DNA of 64,000 bases from Eledone cirrhosa (GCA_964016885.1 OZ024740.1:205158001-205222000), one strand, 5' to 3'; positions 21,518 to 35,329 are shown, counted from the stretch's first letter. Translations and numbers: made by a program. The notes: a model not told the origin generated them from the sequence alone.

Positions 21518-24231
21518 AAGCGCTGCTCGTGGTGAAAGTTTTTGTGAGGGGAAAGCCACAGCGACCCCTCGTGGACACGGGCTGTACAACGACACTGGTG
21601 ACCGCGGGGGTGGCGCAGAGGTGGAGAGGGAAGAGCAGCGTAAGGGCAGTCGATGGTAGGAAAATTGAATGCTGAGGTCGCAGTGAGGTTGAGATGGCGG
21701 TACGGAGAAAGAAAATAAGGCTTTCTGCCATCGTAGTCAACAACGTGGTGGATGAGATTGGTGTTGTTATGGGCATGGACGCAATTGGCCGTCTAGGAGG
21801 CGTCACAGTGAACAACGTCGGTGTGTCGTTTGGCAGTGCCGCATAGGTATGCGCTGTGAGTATGCGACAGGAGAATCAGAAGGCCCGCGAGGAGAAATAT
21901 CCCACTTACACTGTACAGGACAAAGACTTCAAGGCTGTGTTCGATGGGCAACGATGGGTTGTTGAGTGGTACTGGAAGGGAGAACCACCAACACTGAAGA
22001 CCAAAGTGGGCTGCTATCAACACACATTGAAGGGAGACATTAGGAGCGAGAGGTAGAGAGATGGATTGAGGGGGGCATACTGCTTCCCTGGAAAGAGGAG
22101 GTGAAGTGTGGAGTATTGCCGTTAATGGCAGTGGTGCAACCCACGAAGAACAAGGTGAGGCCGGTACTGGACTTTCGGGAGCTGAACGAGCACGTATCAT
22201 GCCACACGGGTAGCGAGGTCACGGATGTTTCAGGGGAAACCCTGCGTGAGTGGAGACGCATGACGGGGGCTTCCGCAATCGTCGATTTAAAGTCGGCATA
22301 CTTACAATTACACATAGATGAGAAGCTCTGGCAGTATCAGCTGGGCAGGTATAAGGGCTCGACATATTGCCTGACCAGGCTCGGTTTCGGGCTGAGCTCT
22401 GCACCGAAGATCATGGCGGAAGTCCTCAAGACTATTCTGGGAAAGGCCGACAAGATGAAGAGGGCCACTAATTCCTACATTGACGACATCCTAGTGGATG
22501 AGTCTGTAGTGTCGGCGGCGGAGGTCACGAGCCATTTACAGGGGTATGGACTGGCTGCGAAGCCGTCAGAAGCGTTGGAGGGAGGAGCCGCGCTGGGACT
22601 TAGGCTATGGCGAGACAGGACGGGCGTGTTAGTATTCCAGAGGGGAAATGAAGTTCCAGAACTGGGCCCAAGTATGAGTAGGCTGGAGCTTTTCTCGGTG
22701 TGTGGAAAGTTGGGGGGTCACTACCCGATTGCTCGGTGGCTCCGGACGGCATGCAGCTATGTCGAGAGACGAGCGGGCGGGGTGACTTGGAGTGATAGAC
22801 GGTGGCCATGATGCAGGAGATCGTGGAGAGGGTGAAGGCCGACGACCAAATGCTGGGAAACTGGTATGTTCTCAAATTGCAGAGCAGGGCCGTATGGTGT
22901 GATGCAAGCAGCATAGCGCTGGGTGTCACGTTGGAGAGAGGTGTTGAGGTCGAGGATGCAGCCTGGCTTAGGAAGAAGGACGATTGCAACCACATCAATG
23001 TGGCCGAACTGGACGCGGTGTTGAGAGGGGTGAACCTCGCCATGAGGTGGGGACTGCGCACCATCGAGATTCGCACCAACTTGGCTACTGTACTTGGATG
23101 GGCAAGATCAGTGCTCACCAGTGCGAAGAGAGGGGCGGCAGAGATGCTGATAAAGCGCCGCCTGGGAACTTAAGGAGAGCTGACCACCAAGTTCGACCTG
23201 CGGCTGAGTGTAGAGAAAAATAGGGCGGACGTTTTAATCAGGGTAAAGAAAGGCTGGATGGAAGCGCCGGAGGATGTAGAAGAGGAGATAGCTGCCGTGT
23301 CGGATCTGAAAGGTTTGCATGACATGCACCACATGGGAGTGGATAGGACCCTGTTCCTAGCCAGGAGAATCGACTCGGACGTTAGCAGACACAGTGTTCA
23401 AAGAGTGGTTAGCGGCTGCGTCCGATGTCAGTCGATTGATCTTGCCCCGGGTGTGCACGAAGCGGGAAGCGATTGGCGGTGGATGTAACACACTACCGAC
23501 AAGGAACATACCTCTCAATGGTCGACTGTGGACCAGGACGGATGGCGATATGGAGGGAGATGAAGACTAGAATGGCCGAGAAAATGACGCGGACATTGAG
23601 AGAGGTGTTCTTGGAGTGGGGCCCTGTGGACGAACTGCTGATGGACAACAGCGCAGCGTTCCACTCAGAGGCGCTGAGGGAGATGCTCGATGGATGGAAG
23701 GTGGACCGTTTCTTCAGAGCAGTGTACAGGCAGAGCGGAAATGGAATCGTGGAGCGACAGCACCGGACAATCAAAGCAATGGCGGAGCGGGGCCACATCT
23801 CACCAATGGAGGCAGTGTTCTGGTACAACATGTCTCCTCGGGTGGGATAGGTTGAGGAATCGGTGCCACACAGAACAGTATTCAGATACGAGTGGTGGCA
23901 CCCGTGCACGCCACCACAACGGCCAGCGGGGAGAGAGAATGCATTCGTGCAGGTGGGCGAAGAAGTCTGGATTAAACCCCCAGATGCATGTTGCACATCT
24001 CAATGGGGAAGGGGAACGGTGACGGCCATAAATTCCCAGAACAATGTGTCCGTGGACGGAGTACAACGTCATGTCCTGGATGTCCATAGAATTACTGTGT
24101 CAACGGACTCCGAGGAAGAGGAATTCCAAAGTGCCGCCCCAACACTGCGGAGATCGCAAAGAAGTCGCAAACCACCAACCTGGACAGTATACTTTCACAT
24201 GCAGCAGGACGAGGGGGAAATTGATCCTTGA
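21470..24231 (+). pseudogene. pol: Gypsy pol (protease, RT, RNase H, integrase), disrupted
   Basis: LVDTG protease; RPVLDFRELN, DLKSAY and YIDD (RT); CDAS and AELDAV (RNase H); H..H...C..C and D..MDN..GIVER (integrase). Multiple stops and frameshifts. Confidence 0.92.
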
Positions 24232-24517
24232 GATCAGGGGTGGGGGGGCGTGTAGGTATGGTGTGGTGTGTGGTGGCCGGAGGCTGGGGAGTGCTTGACC
24301 GGAAGGGTGCTTGACCGGAAGGGTACTCGACCGGAAGGGCCAGCAGGTCTGCCTCTCTCAGTGGTCAGCGAACATGGTGGACGTCAGTTTTGGAGCTCCC
24401 GGTTAACGAGTTGGATTGTATGCACGTGGGAGAGGAGAAACCAACCATTGGATTAGTGGTGCCAGTGAAAGCGGTAAGTGAAGTAGCTTTTTCTAACCAC
24501 AGATACAATGAAAGATA

Positions 24518-25823
24518 CGAGGGGGGATCAAAAAGTTCGCGGAATTTTTCAGAAAATATTCTATTTTTCAAAAAATATGATTTACCTTCAATTTATTTTT
24601 CTACATAGTTGCCATCCAGGTCAATACACTTCACAAGGCGATGCTTCCAGCTTCGAGAGCCGTCTCTAAAGAAAGTTGAAGGCCTTGTTCGAAGCCATGT
24701 GTTGGCAGTGTTTTTAGCTTCTTCAACACCACTAAAACGGGTTCCTTTTAGCATTTCTTTGAGTTTTGGAAAGAGGAAAAAGTCTGATAGGGCTAAATCT
24801 GGACTATAAGGCGGGTGAGGAAGCACTTCCCATCGAAATTCTCGAAGAACTTCTTTTGCAACCCGCGCAGAATGCGCTGGTGCATTGTCATGGTCAAACA
24901 AGATACCACCATGAAGTTTCCCTTTTCGTTTCTTGACTAATGCCTCTTTCAGTTTCCTTAAAACATTTGCATAGTAAGCTCCTGTCACAGTTCTTTGACC
25001 TTCAAGATAATCTATTAGTATCACCCCATCTGAATCCCAGAAAATGGTGGCCATCACTTTTTATCCGACTTTTGAGATTTGAACTTGATTGGCCCCGATA
25101 ATCCACGCGGAAGCCACTGTTTTGACTGCTGTTTGGATTCAGGATCATACTGATAGATCCAGGTTTCATCTCCGGTGATGATTCTGGTCAGGAAATGCTC
25201 TTCATCAACTTCAATTTTGTTTAATATCGCCAAAGACAGATCACTTCGAAGAATCAGCTGATCAGGGCGCAACGCTTTTGGGACCCATCGCACTGAAAGC
25301 TTGCTTAGTCCCAAATTATCGTGCAGAATTAAATTTGCCGAACCATATGAAATGTCGAGGGACTTAGCTAACTGATTAACTGTTATTCTTCGATCTTCTT
25401 CAAAGTCTGAGCAGCCTCAACGTTTGATCATTTTTTGATGTTCCTAGTCTTCCACTGCGATGGTCGTCTTCAAGGTCGTCTCTCCCTTGTTTGAATTGCT
25501 GAATCCACTTGTAGACAGCAGTTTTCTTTGGAGCAGTAGTACCGTAAACTTTAACTCAAGCCTCCATAATCTGTGTCCCTTTCCATTTGAGTTTCACCAG
25601 AAACTTGATATTCGATCTTATCTCAAAATAACTATTTTCCATTGTTCCAAAAAGAGGTTTTTTAAAGTGTGTTAGTACTGTACAATAGTCCACGCATAAC
25701 TGACTACAAGTGACTAATAGCAAGGTAAACACCCAATGACAATGTTCTGACATGTTTAATATTGTTTTAACCTATTTTTTTCTTACTACGATAAAATTCC
25801 GCGAACTTTTTGATCCCCCCTCG
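24518..25823 (-). mobile_element. Full-length mariner transposon (1306 bp), transposase frameshifted
   Basis: 31-bp perfect TIRs cgaggggggatcaaaaagttcgcggaatttt; TA TSD on both sides; WVPKAL, TGDETW, HDNAPAH and YSPDLALSDFFLF motifs; ORF span ~25642-24593. Confidence 0.97.
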
Positions 25824-26586
25824 TATATTCCTTCAATGCTACAATATTAAAGAAAATGTAAAGGAAGGGGTGAACAACGGAGCCAACACCAGAGCAAAAG
25901 ACAGCAATGTCGCAAGTACTGGGCAACCTCTCTAATGATTTTTGAGGCAAGCCAGCACACTCGCAGCGTTGCCTCGGGTGATGGCGAATGTTATGTATAT
26001 CTTTTATATTTGTTATATGATAATTGTTTCTACTTTTGGCACAGGCCAGCAATTACCCAGTGCATTACTGGTACTTCATTTTATTGACTCCATAAGGATG
26101 AAAGGCAAAGTTAACCTCGGTGGGATTTGAACTCAGAATGGCAAGGGCCGTAACTCTATGCATCAAAGCATGGTGTCCGACCCTCTACCGATACTGCCAA
26201 TCCACCACAATAATAAATGTTCTTTAGAAAAAAAAATATAAAGATGTTTATGCTATATAAACCCCCGCCCCATCAATTCACTACCAAGTGCAACAATTGG
26301 CCACACACCACAAGGGTATTTTATTTTAGCGACGAAGAATTAACGTTTGTATCGTCATATTTATATGTAAAATCCTATGCACTTGCCTATAAAAATGCCA
26401 ATATGTTCATAAGTTTGTTTTATAAAAACAAAACAAAAAATCCTGTAAATGATGGTAGTTTGCCAATGACTTAACTCTTTCGTAACCCATATTTGGAATA
26501 GAATATACTGCCTATACTTCTCAAATTATATTTGGAGAGATTTAGTAATATAACTAACTTGCTCATTATTCAGCTAGCGTTTAGAG

Positions 26587-26903
26587 CAGGGGTGTGCAAC
26601 ATATTCCATTGGCGGGCCACTTTTGAACATTGGAACAACTATTAGAGCCATTAATATTTATTAAGCACTATTCCCAAGATTCACCACAACTTCTTTCCAT
26701 GACATGGAACTGGGAAATTATAACACACCATCCTTCCAGTGAAGCGCTTTAGTATAGGTCAACTAATAGAAAATGGTATTACGGTTACGAAAAAAATTCT
26801 AAATAAGCCTACAAGGTAAAAATTGAAAACGGTCATCGCGGGCCACTCTGACTGGCCTGGCTGGCTGGATTGTGGCCCACTGGCCGCCTATTGCACGCCC
26901 CTG
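26587..26903. mobile_element. hAT (Charlie-like) MITE
   Basis: TIRs caggggtgtgcaa / ttgcacgcccctg; 8-bp TSD GTTTAGAG at 26579-26586 and 26904-26911. Confidence 0.9.
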
Positions 26904-27487
26904 GTTTAGAGCATAGTTTAACAAATATTAGATAGATATATGCACTTTAAAATATACAACATTGTATCAAAACTTTTATTCACAGTGGTATAAAGAAAAT
27001 AAATTATTTTACTCATAATTTTTTAAATTATAGTTCTATAAATTTACAGTAGAATTATGTTGCAAATATGTTTTAAATATATACATAAATAACATAACAA
27101 ATGAATAGATAACACCCAAAATTGTTTGCAATTCGTTCAGAACGACAAATATGTCTAAACCGTGTATAATAACACAATAATATAAATTCCTGAACAAAAA
27201 TGATAAAGGAAAGAAAGAAAAGAAAAGGGAGAGGGAAATTCACCACCAAGTGTGACAATCTATAACACCTCACACCTTGGGGGTTAACTGTACACTTACA
27301 CGGCCGCAACATTACCATGGGTGATGGCGAGGCTAAGGCGCTGAAATAACCAGACACCCTCACGGGCATCACCTGGCACCTCAGTAAGGCAAGCCGCGAG
27401 TGAAGACAAGAACTTCGTTGTCTCACAATTCTTTCAGGATGAAAATATAAACACATAATAAATATAATTAACTATTGCTAAGAACCT

Positions 27488-28550
27488 GTAGCGGATACAA
27501 TATGGTAGGAAGAATAGGATGAGAGTATAATATAACAATATGAACTTACTATGCGTATGTGTGTGTGTGTGTGCCTATTCTTAGTTTATCTTATTCTCAT
27601 AGTAGTAATGGCCAATCTCTCAGGCAGGCATGATTGGCTGTCTGGCTGCGAAGGTAAGCCAGTGAGAGCCAGGAGAAAGATAAGGTGAAAGGTCTACTGA
27701 CTCCACATAGTTATCTTCTTGACTGCTGCTTCGATTTTCCCCTTCTTCCCTCAGTCCTTGTATTTATAATAAGTGCTAAAGTTAGAAGGATAAATATATA
27801 ATCTGACCTGTGGTTAGCATCTCCCAAGGGGTTGGGGTCACAGGTCAAATGAAATGTCATCCATGATCGTTGACAGGACAAAGGCAAGAATTTCCAACGA
27901 TTGAGTGTCCCAGAGGCGGGAAAGCTTTCTCCATTGAGATGTGCAACGCGTATTTGGGGGCTTGACCCATACCTCTTCGCTCCACTCATACAAATGTGCT
28001 CTCTCTCTCCACTGGCTGTTGTGGTAGCATCCACGAGTGTCGCCAATCGTATCTATATATTGCCCTGTGCGGCACCGACTCCTCGGTCTGTCCCACCCAA
28101 GGAGACATGTTGTACCAGAACACTGCCTCCATTGGCCAAATGTGCCCCCTTTCCGCCATGGCCTTGATCATGCGATGGTGTCTCTCCACAATCCCATTTC
28201 CATTCGGCTTGTATGCCGCTCTGAAGAAGCGGTTCACCTTCCAATTGTCAAGCATTTCCCTTAACACCTCCGAGCGAAACTGCCCCTCTCGTTCACACCT
28301 TCTTCTCACTGGTAAGCACTGATCTCACCCATTCGAGTCAGTGCGGATTTCTATGGTGCGCAGCCCCATCTCAGGGCGAGATTAACTCCCCTCAGCACAT
28401 TATCCAGTTCAGCCAAGTTGATGTGGTTTCAGTCCTCCTTATTCCTGAGCCAGGCTGCATCCTCGACCTCGATGCCTCCTATCTCCAGAGTGACCCCTAG
28501 TGCTATGCTGCTGGCATCAAACTATACGATGCTGCTCTCTGATTTGAGGG
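27488..28550 (-). mobile_element. Gypsy remnant (RNase H/integrase fragments of the 20-24 kb family, joined to a probable LTR piece)
   Basis: AAYKPNGNGIVERHHRMIKAMAERGHI, homologous to 23473-24000. Segment 27488-27925 ends ...ccgctACA on the minus strand, like an LTR terminus. Confidence 0.8.
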
Positions 28551-28604
28551 CGTTTGTTTATATTTTGTTATTGTGTATGCCAAAAATATCTGTACAAGAA
28601 TATA

Positions 28605-28656
<52 letters not shown>

Positions 28657-29357
28657 TAACAGATTAAAGTTTAAGCAAAGAATCGCTGCTTTCACCCATA
28701 ACGGGATCTTCTGAAACTAAAAAAATCAATCTGTGAACGCAGAAGTAAATATTTCGAAAAACATTGCAACCGAAGGAAAACAGGAAGACGATACTTTGGT
28801 TTGTGAAGACGTTCCCTGGCAATGCATGGAAAATAGGGAACATAATATGTCAGCAATGATCAGAATATATATATATACACACTATATATATATATATATA
28901 TATACACACACATACAGATAGTGAAGTCATAATGTCGTAATGCAGACAGCCAGATTATAAGGGCGCGACATTACCAGCGCCTAATGCGGTCCCTAGAGCA
29001 TTGAAATTTTGAAATATTTTTTGCTCGAAACACTCACAGTATTACATGTGTAAAGTTTGAAATCAATCAGTTGGGTGGTTCTCGAGTTTTAGGGAGTCAG
29101 ACAGAGAGACATTCTCTGTTTTAGATATATAAATAAACACTTTAAAAGAAAGAGCTTTGTATCATGTAACCAGGAGGGGAGGGGGGTCAGGTGGTATGGT
29201 ATTGAGTGTTAATATCAGATTTACACACAAGTTTGAAACTGTAGCTATGTAATGTCTTCTTAGTTTTTCACTAACCCAAGTAAGACAGAAAACATTTAAT
29301 TTAATATTTAGAAATATTGGACAAACATCAACCATGATTCTATGTCAGCTTTCTATA

Positions 29358-29600
29358 ATGGTATAGGTTGGATAGACTGTCGTGGTCTGAATCAGTTCTT
29401 ATTCAGAGTTACTGTCTGTTAGAGGGGTTAGAGACCATATCTTTATGATGGTATAGGTTGGATAGACTGTCGTGGTCTGAATCAGTTCTTATTCAGAGTT
29501 ACTGTCTGTTAGAGGGGTTAGAGACCATATCTTTATGATGGTATAGGTTGGATAGACTGTCGTGGTCTGAATCAGTTCTTATTCAGAGTTACTGTTCTGA
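29358..29600. repeat. Perfect 90-bp tandem repeat, ~2.6 copies
   Basis: Unit atggtataggttggatagactgtcgtggtctgaatcag... starts at 29358, 29448 and 29538. Confidence 0.95.
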
Positions 29601-30062
29601 GACCATATCTCACTTTTACTGGGGTTAGAGACTATATCTCACTTGTACATTCCATTTTTGTTTTGGATTCTACAGCTGAATACCCTCACAGCAATCACTT
29701 TACAGCGTATACTGGATGCATTTTATTGTTTACCCAGATGCCTTACCTTATTTCATATAATTAGTTGCTCTTTTGACCAGACTAGGTTACTAGACACCTT
29801 TATTCTCATGTCTACTTTTGTATGTAAGAAGTCATAATTTGGTAACAGAAAGTTATAATACATTTCTCTTTTTCTATATTTTCTTTCTATTAATATACAA
29901 AAAACAAATAGATAATAAAATAAGTACTGAGGTCAATATGATTGACTAAATCCCTTCAAGGTGGTGCCCCAGCATGACAACAGTCTAATGACTGAAACAA
30001 GGAAAAAAATAATAATTAAGTGTTTAATTTCTGATGATGGGTTCAGTAAAGAATAAATCATG

Positions 30063-30500
30063 ACTTCTTCTTTCCCCACCTATTCCTGAGAGGGTCGAGG
30101 GGCAGAGTCCTCAAACACTCCTTCCAGTGGGTCCTGTCAGAAGCAACCATCTCCAACTGATCTGGCTGGACCTCCAAGCGAGACCAGCCAAGCTCATGGA
30201 TGTTATCCAACCCTCTTGCTCGGGTCTCTACCCCTGGGTATCCTGCCAGTTAGTTTTGCCCGTAAAATCTGTCCAGCAATTCTTTCCTGAGACATTCTAA
30301 CCACATGTCCATAGTAACGGAGCTGTGATCTCTCAATTCAGAGAAGTAGCGGCTTTAGCTGGAGTGATTTTGATCCCCAAGCTACACACTCTATCGAGTA
30401 ATGTTACTCCAAGACCCTTTGGAGGAACCCCATTTTGGCGGTTTGTATTCATGATTGTATTCTTTCATCATTACCCAAGATTCATGACCATATGTAAGGG
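30063..30500 (-). mobile_element. RTE LINE 3' fragment with (AAG) tail (related copies 50505-50883 +, 59380-59500 -)
   Basis: LRYYGHVVRM...RPRGRDPSKRVG-like C-terminus; nucleotide homology between the three copies. Confidence 0.8.
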
Positions 30501-32519
30501 TGGCATGAATATTGAATTCAGTAATCAGAAGAAGAGAGGTAAGTGTAAAAGCCAAATTCGCTAAATCATAACTAGTTTTGGTATAATAGTGAGGGTATGA
30601 TTAGTTTTATTAAAACTATATTTAGCCTCAGAAATCTACAGTAAACAAGCTGTCAAAACAGAAAAAAAAAAGAAAGAGAACTTTTAAAAGAATTACTAAT
30701 GGTTACTAAGTTGGGTTGGCATGTATTAGGTCAGTTGTATGTTTGAAGAGATCTATGAAGGTTTAACTAAAAAAAATAATAGAAAAAATTAAGCAGTCAT
30801 AATTTAATTGTTTCAGAATTTGTAAGCTATAGAATCAGCAGCTGTTATGTTAATTTTTATTCAAGGTAACAATCATCATTGTCATCATCATCATCATCAT
30901 TGTCATCATCATCATCATCATCATCGTCATCACCATTTAACAACCATTTTTCCACGCTAGATGGGTTAGATGAGTTGTCCTGTTGTGAGAAATGCTAGGT
31001 ATGGTGACCGTGTTTTGCTTGTACAGAACTGATTTTGGCTTGGTTTCTACAGCTGGATGCGCTTCCTAACAACAACCACATTTACAGTGAGTACTGGGTG
31101 CTTTTTGTTGTGAAACCTACATGACCACTTTAGAGTGTGGGCTGGGTGCTTTTTGCCATGTCGCCATCACAACCATTTTACAGTGTGGCTGGGTGCTTTT
31201 TGCCATGACCACTTACATTTAATATCTGTTTTCTTTGCTGTTGTATAGGAATAAATGTAAGCGAGATGCAGAGGATTCAGATTCTACAGTGCACTGGGTG
31301 CATTCTATTGTGGGACCAGTATAATGGAGGTTGTGAAGTTTTTTGTCACAGCTAAAGAGTCCTCCCAGCCCTTTGTTTGGCTGGTTTTCTATGGCTTGAT
31401 GCCCTTCCTATCATCAACTACTTTACAGAGTGTACTGGGTAGATCTATCGCATAAATCACTAACACAGGAGAGGTTGTTGTGCCCTTGGCACAACTGAAG
31501 AGCCCTTTTGACTTTTTTTGAGTATTGTTTATACAGCTGGGTGCCCTTCCTATCATTGACCACCTTACAGGGAACCATTTTAATTTAAAAACTGTCCCAT
31601 CTTCTTGTGGATTTTGGTAGAATTACTTTTAAGTGCTGCTAAGTTTATAGCATAAAAAAAGGAAAGAAATCAATATTCAGATTGGACCAAGGAAAGTGTG
31701 TTTCCATTGCTCTTTCTATTGCTGTTACTATCTTTTGGTTGCAACTCCTGGCAGAAGTATTACTTTTTTTTGGTGACAGGTGGTAGGATTTGAATTTAGA
31801 CTGCACAAAGCTGAAATGATACTATAAGGTATCTGGCATTTTAGCAAGTCTACTAATTTACCACTAGTTCTTTAGCTATTGATCCCCAAAGGATGAATGG
31901 AAAATTTAACCTCTGTAGGATTTGAACTCAGAGCGCAGACAGATGGAAGAAATACTAATTAATATCATCTGCAAGTTAGCAGCAAACAGCTGGTAATGAG
32001 AATAGTATCTGGTACACTGAAATCTACACCTAATCACTGACTGTCTACCCTTCTCAGTGAGTAGGTGTAGGGTTCAAATCCCGCCGAGATTTGCCTTTCA
32101 TCCTTACGAGGTCGATAAAATAAAGCACCAGTAAATCAGTGGGGTTGATTTAATCGACCCCCACCCTCTAAAAGTTGCTGGCCTTGTGCCTATAGTAGAA
32201 ATCATTATGATTATAGTAACAACAATAAATACAACAACAACAACCATCACAATGATCATATGATGGTGGTGGTGGGTGTTTTAATGCACCTTTATTAATG
32301 GAATAAACCTTCATCAGTTTCAATGAGTATATCAGTTGTTTAATCAAAACAACAGTCTGTTCATGAAATTAACATGTAAGTGGCTGAGCAGTCCATACAT
32401 ATGTACACTCTTAATGTTATTCTCAGGTAAATTCACTGTGACATAGTGTGTGACAAGGTTGACCCTTTAAATTACAGGTACAGTCCATCTGACAGGCTTC
32501 CAAACAGTTTCCATCTACC

Positions 32520-32708
32520 TAGTGCCGGATTTAGGACAAATGATACCCTGTATTAGTAAAGTTATGAGGCCCTTTACTCGCGCCCTAAAGGAGATAGGCC
32601 TGGTAGGCCTACACAGGCAGTCAGGCATACATGCAGGAAGATGGGTCCATCTAGCCAATAGGGCCCTGTGCTTAAGCACATCTAAGCACAATGGTAAATT
32701 CAGCATTG
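32520..32708. mobile_element. hAT-type MITE inside a SINE-like repeat
   Basis: Ends tagtgccggattta / taaattcagcattg; imperfect 8-bp TSD catctacc / tatctacc. Confidence 0.65.
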
Positions 32709-33713
32709 TATCTACCCAAGTTCACTTGCAATGCTTTTGTTAACAGCAGGCTATGGTAAATGATACTTGCCCAAGATGCCATGCAGTGGGATTGAACCTA
32801 AGACCTAATTGTTATGATGCAAACTTCTTAACCATTCAGCCGTGTTGTATCTATACCTTTATAGTTACAGTGTAGATCAGTGTTAGCTTATCTTATGGCT
32901 TGATAACATCATAAGTGTTACAGTTCAAGGCTTTATACAAATGGTTTTAAAAGGACAGTTAACAGTGTTTATGATAAAAGGGGTTTATTTTATCTTTATC
33001 CCATTGTAGATTACTTAGAGTTTCAGAAATTTATATCAATGTATATTATATATATTATACTGTAACATCAAAAGTATTGTGTGTCATCATCATCATCATC
33101 ACCAAGATTTTGATGATGATCATCATCATGAAACATCCATTTTTTCCATACTGGCATAAGTTGGATGACTCGTTACAGACTAAGTCATTGCTTAATTGGA
33201 GTTACTGTTCTCCCAGATAGGTTGTGGGGTGGCAGTAGTGGTGGTGGGGCTTGTCTTACACACATGCCCTTCATATCACCAACCACTTTACAGAGTGTAC
33301 TGGGTGCATTTTATCATGGCACCAGAACTAGGGTGGTTGTTATATTCTAGAAACAACTGATGAGTTCTCTCAGAATGTACTAGATGCTCTTCCTAATGCC
33401 AACCACTTTACAGAATGTACTGGAGACATTTTTTTGTGGCACTGGCACGATGGAGGTTGTCATGTCCTTGGAACAACTGTTCTTTTTGGCATAATTTCTG
33501 TGGCTGGATGCCCTTTCTAACACCAACCACTTTACATAGAGTGTGTACTTGGTACATTTTATTGTAACACCAGCCCTATGGAGGTTGACATGTCCTTGAT
33601 TTGGCTGAAAAGATCTTCCATTAATGTCATGATATCCTCTGAGAGTTTTACTGAAATGATCAATGTTCTTAGAGAACATGAAACATTTCTAACTAATCAG
33701 TTTCATAAGTTTA

Positions 33714-35038
33714 GTGCTGTCACACCATGTAGACATGTGAAAGATATTGTGATGTCACACCATGTAGACATGTGAAAGATATTATATGCTGTCACACCAT
33801 GTAGACATGTGAAAGATATTATATGCTGTCACACCATGTAGACATGTGAAAGATATATGATGTCACACCATGTAGACATGTGAAAGATATTATATGTTGT
33901 CACACCATGTAGACATGTGAAAGATATTATATGATGTCACACCATGTAGACATGTGAAAGATATTATATGATGTCACACCATGTAGACATGTGAAAGATA
34001 TTATATGTTGTCACACCATGTAGACATGTGAAAGATATTATATGCTGTCACACCATGTAGACATGTGAAAGATATTATATGCTGTCACACCATGTAGACA
34101 TGTGAAAGATATTATATGCTGTCACACCATGTAGACATGTGAAAGATATTATATGCTGTCATACCATGTAAACTTGTGAAAGATATTATATGTTGTCACA
34201 CCATGTAGACATGTGAAAGATATTATATGTTGTCACACCATGTAGACATATGAAAGATATTATATGCTGTCACACCATGTAGACATGTGAAAGATATTAT
34301 ATGATGTCACACCATGTAGACATGTGAAAGATATTATATGATGTCACACCATGTAGACATGTGAAAGATATTATATGTTGTCACACCATGTAGACATGTG
34401 AAAGATATTACATGATGTCACACCATGTAGACATGTGAAAGATATTATATGTTGTCACACCATGTAGACATGTGAAAGATATTATATGCTGTCACGCCAT
34501 GTAGACATGTGAAAGATATTATATGTTGTCACACCATGTAGACATGTGAAAGATATTATATGTTGTCATACCATGTAAACTTGTGAAAGATATTATGTTG
34601 TCACACCATGTAGACATGTGAAAGATATTATATGTTGTCACACCATGTAGACATGTGAAAGATATTATATGTTGTCACACCATGTAGACATGTGAAAGAT
34701 ATTATATGTTGTCACACCATGTAGACATGTGAAAGATATTATATGTTGTCACACCATGTAGACACGTGAAAGATATTATATGTTGTCACACCATGTAGAC
34801 ATGTGAAAGATATTATATGTTGTCACACCATGTAGACATGTGAAAGATATTATATGCTGTCACACCATGTAGACATGTGAAAGATATTATATGTTGTCAC
34901 ACCATGTAGACATGTGAAAGATATTATATGTTGTCACACCATGTAGACATGTGAAAGATATTATATGTTGTCACACCATGTAGACATGTGAAAGATATTA
35001 TATGTTGTCACACCATGTAGACATGTGAAAGATATATG
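33714..35038. repeat. 37-bp minisatellite, ~36 copies
   Basis: Unit tgtcacaccatgtagacatgtgaaagatattatatg[t/c/a], head-to-tail with no spacers. Confidence 0.98.
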
Positions 35039-35329
35039 CCGCCGCCATTACCACCACCACCACTACCACCAACACCCAGTCTATATTACATAGCCAGCAT
35101 TAAAACAGAAAGAAACATTTTTTTAATGTATACTAAATACTTTGTTCACTTCATTCCTTGTCTCAGTTAAACTCTAAAGAATCTTGCAATAGTAAATGAA
35201 TGCAGCTAAAGGGAAATGTAAAAGGTTTGATAGATTCAAGTTTGTCAGACAACCTAGTTTCTAACATTCCATGTACAACACAATTTATATGATTTTAAAG
35301 TACTTTCCATTGTACAGGGATGGAATTAA

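Larger units (their letters stand above)
20425..24501 (+). mobile_element. Full-length degenerate Gypsy/Ty3 LTR retrotransposon
   Basis: LTRs 20425-~20646 and 24251-24501 (TG...CA); 5-bp TSD GATAC at 20420-20424 and 24502-24506; PBS-like tggcgac at ~20775; purine-rich PPT before 24251; gag-PR-RT-RNaseH-IN order. Confidence 0.97.

Noticed and set aside
24502-24520. Composite Gypsy-mariner element
   Set aside because: Each has its own intact TSD (GATAC and TA), so they are independent adjacent insertions.
33720-33760. p53 response elements in the minisatellite (paired CATG)
   Set aside because: The CATG cores are 4 nt apart instead of 6 and the flanks do not fit RRRCWWGYYY.
33714-35038. CRISPR-like array (37-bp partly palindromic repeat)
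   Set aside because: Units are head-to-tail with no unique spacers, there are no cas genes, and the context is eukaryotic.
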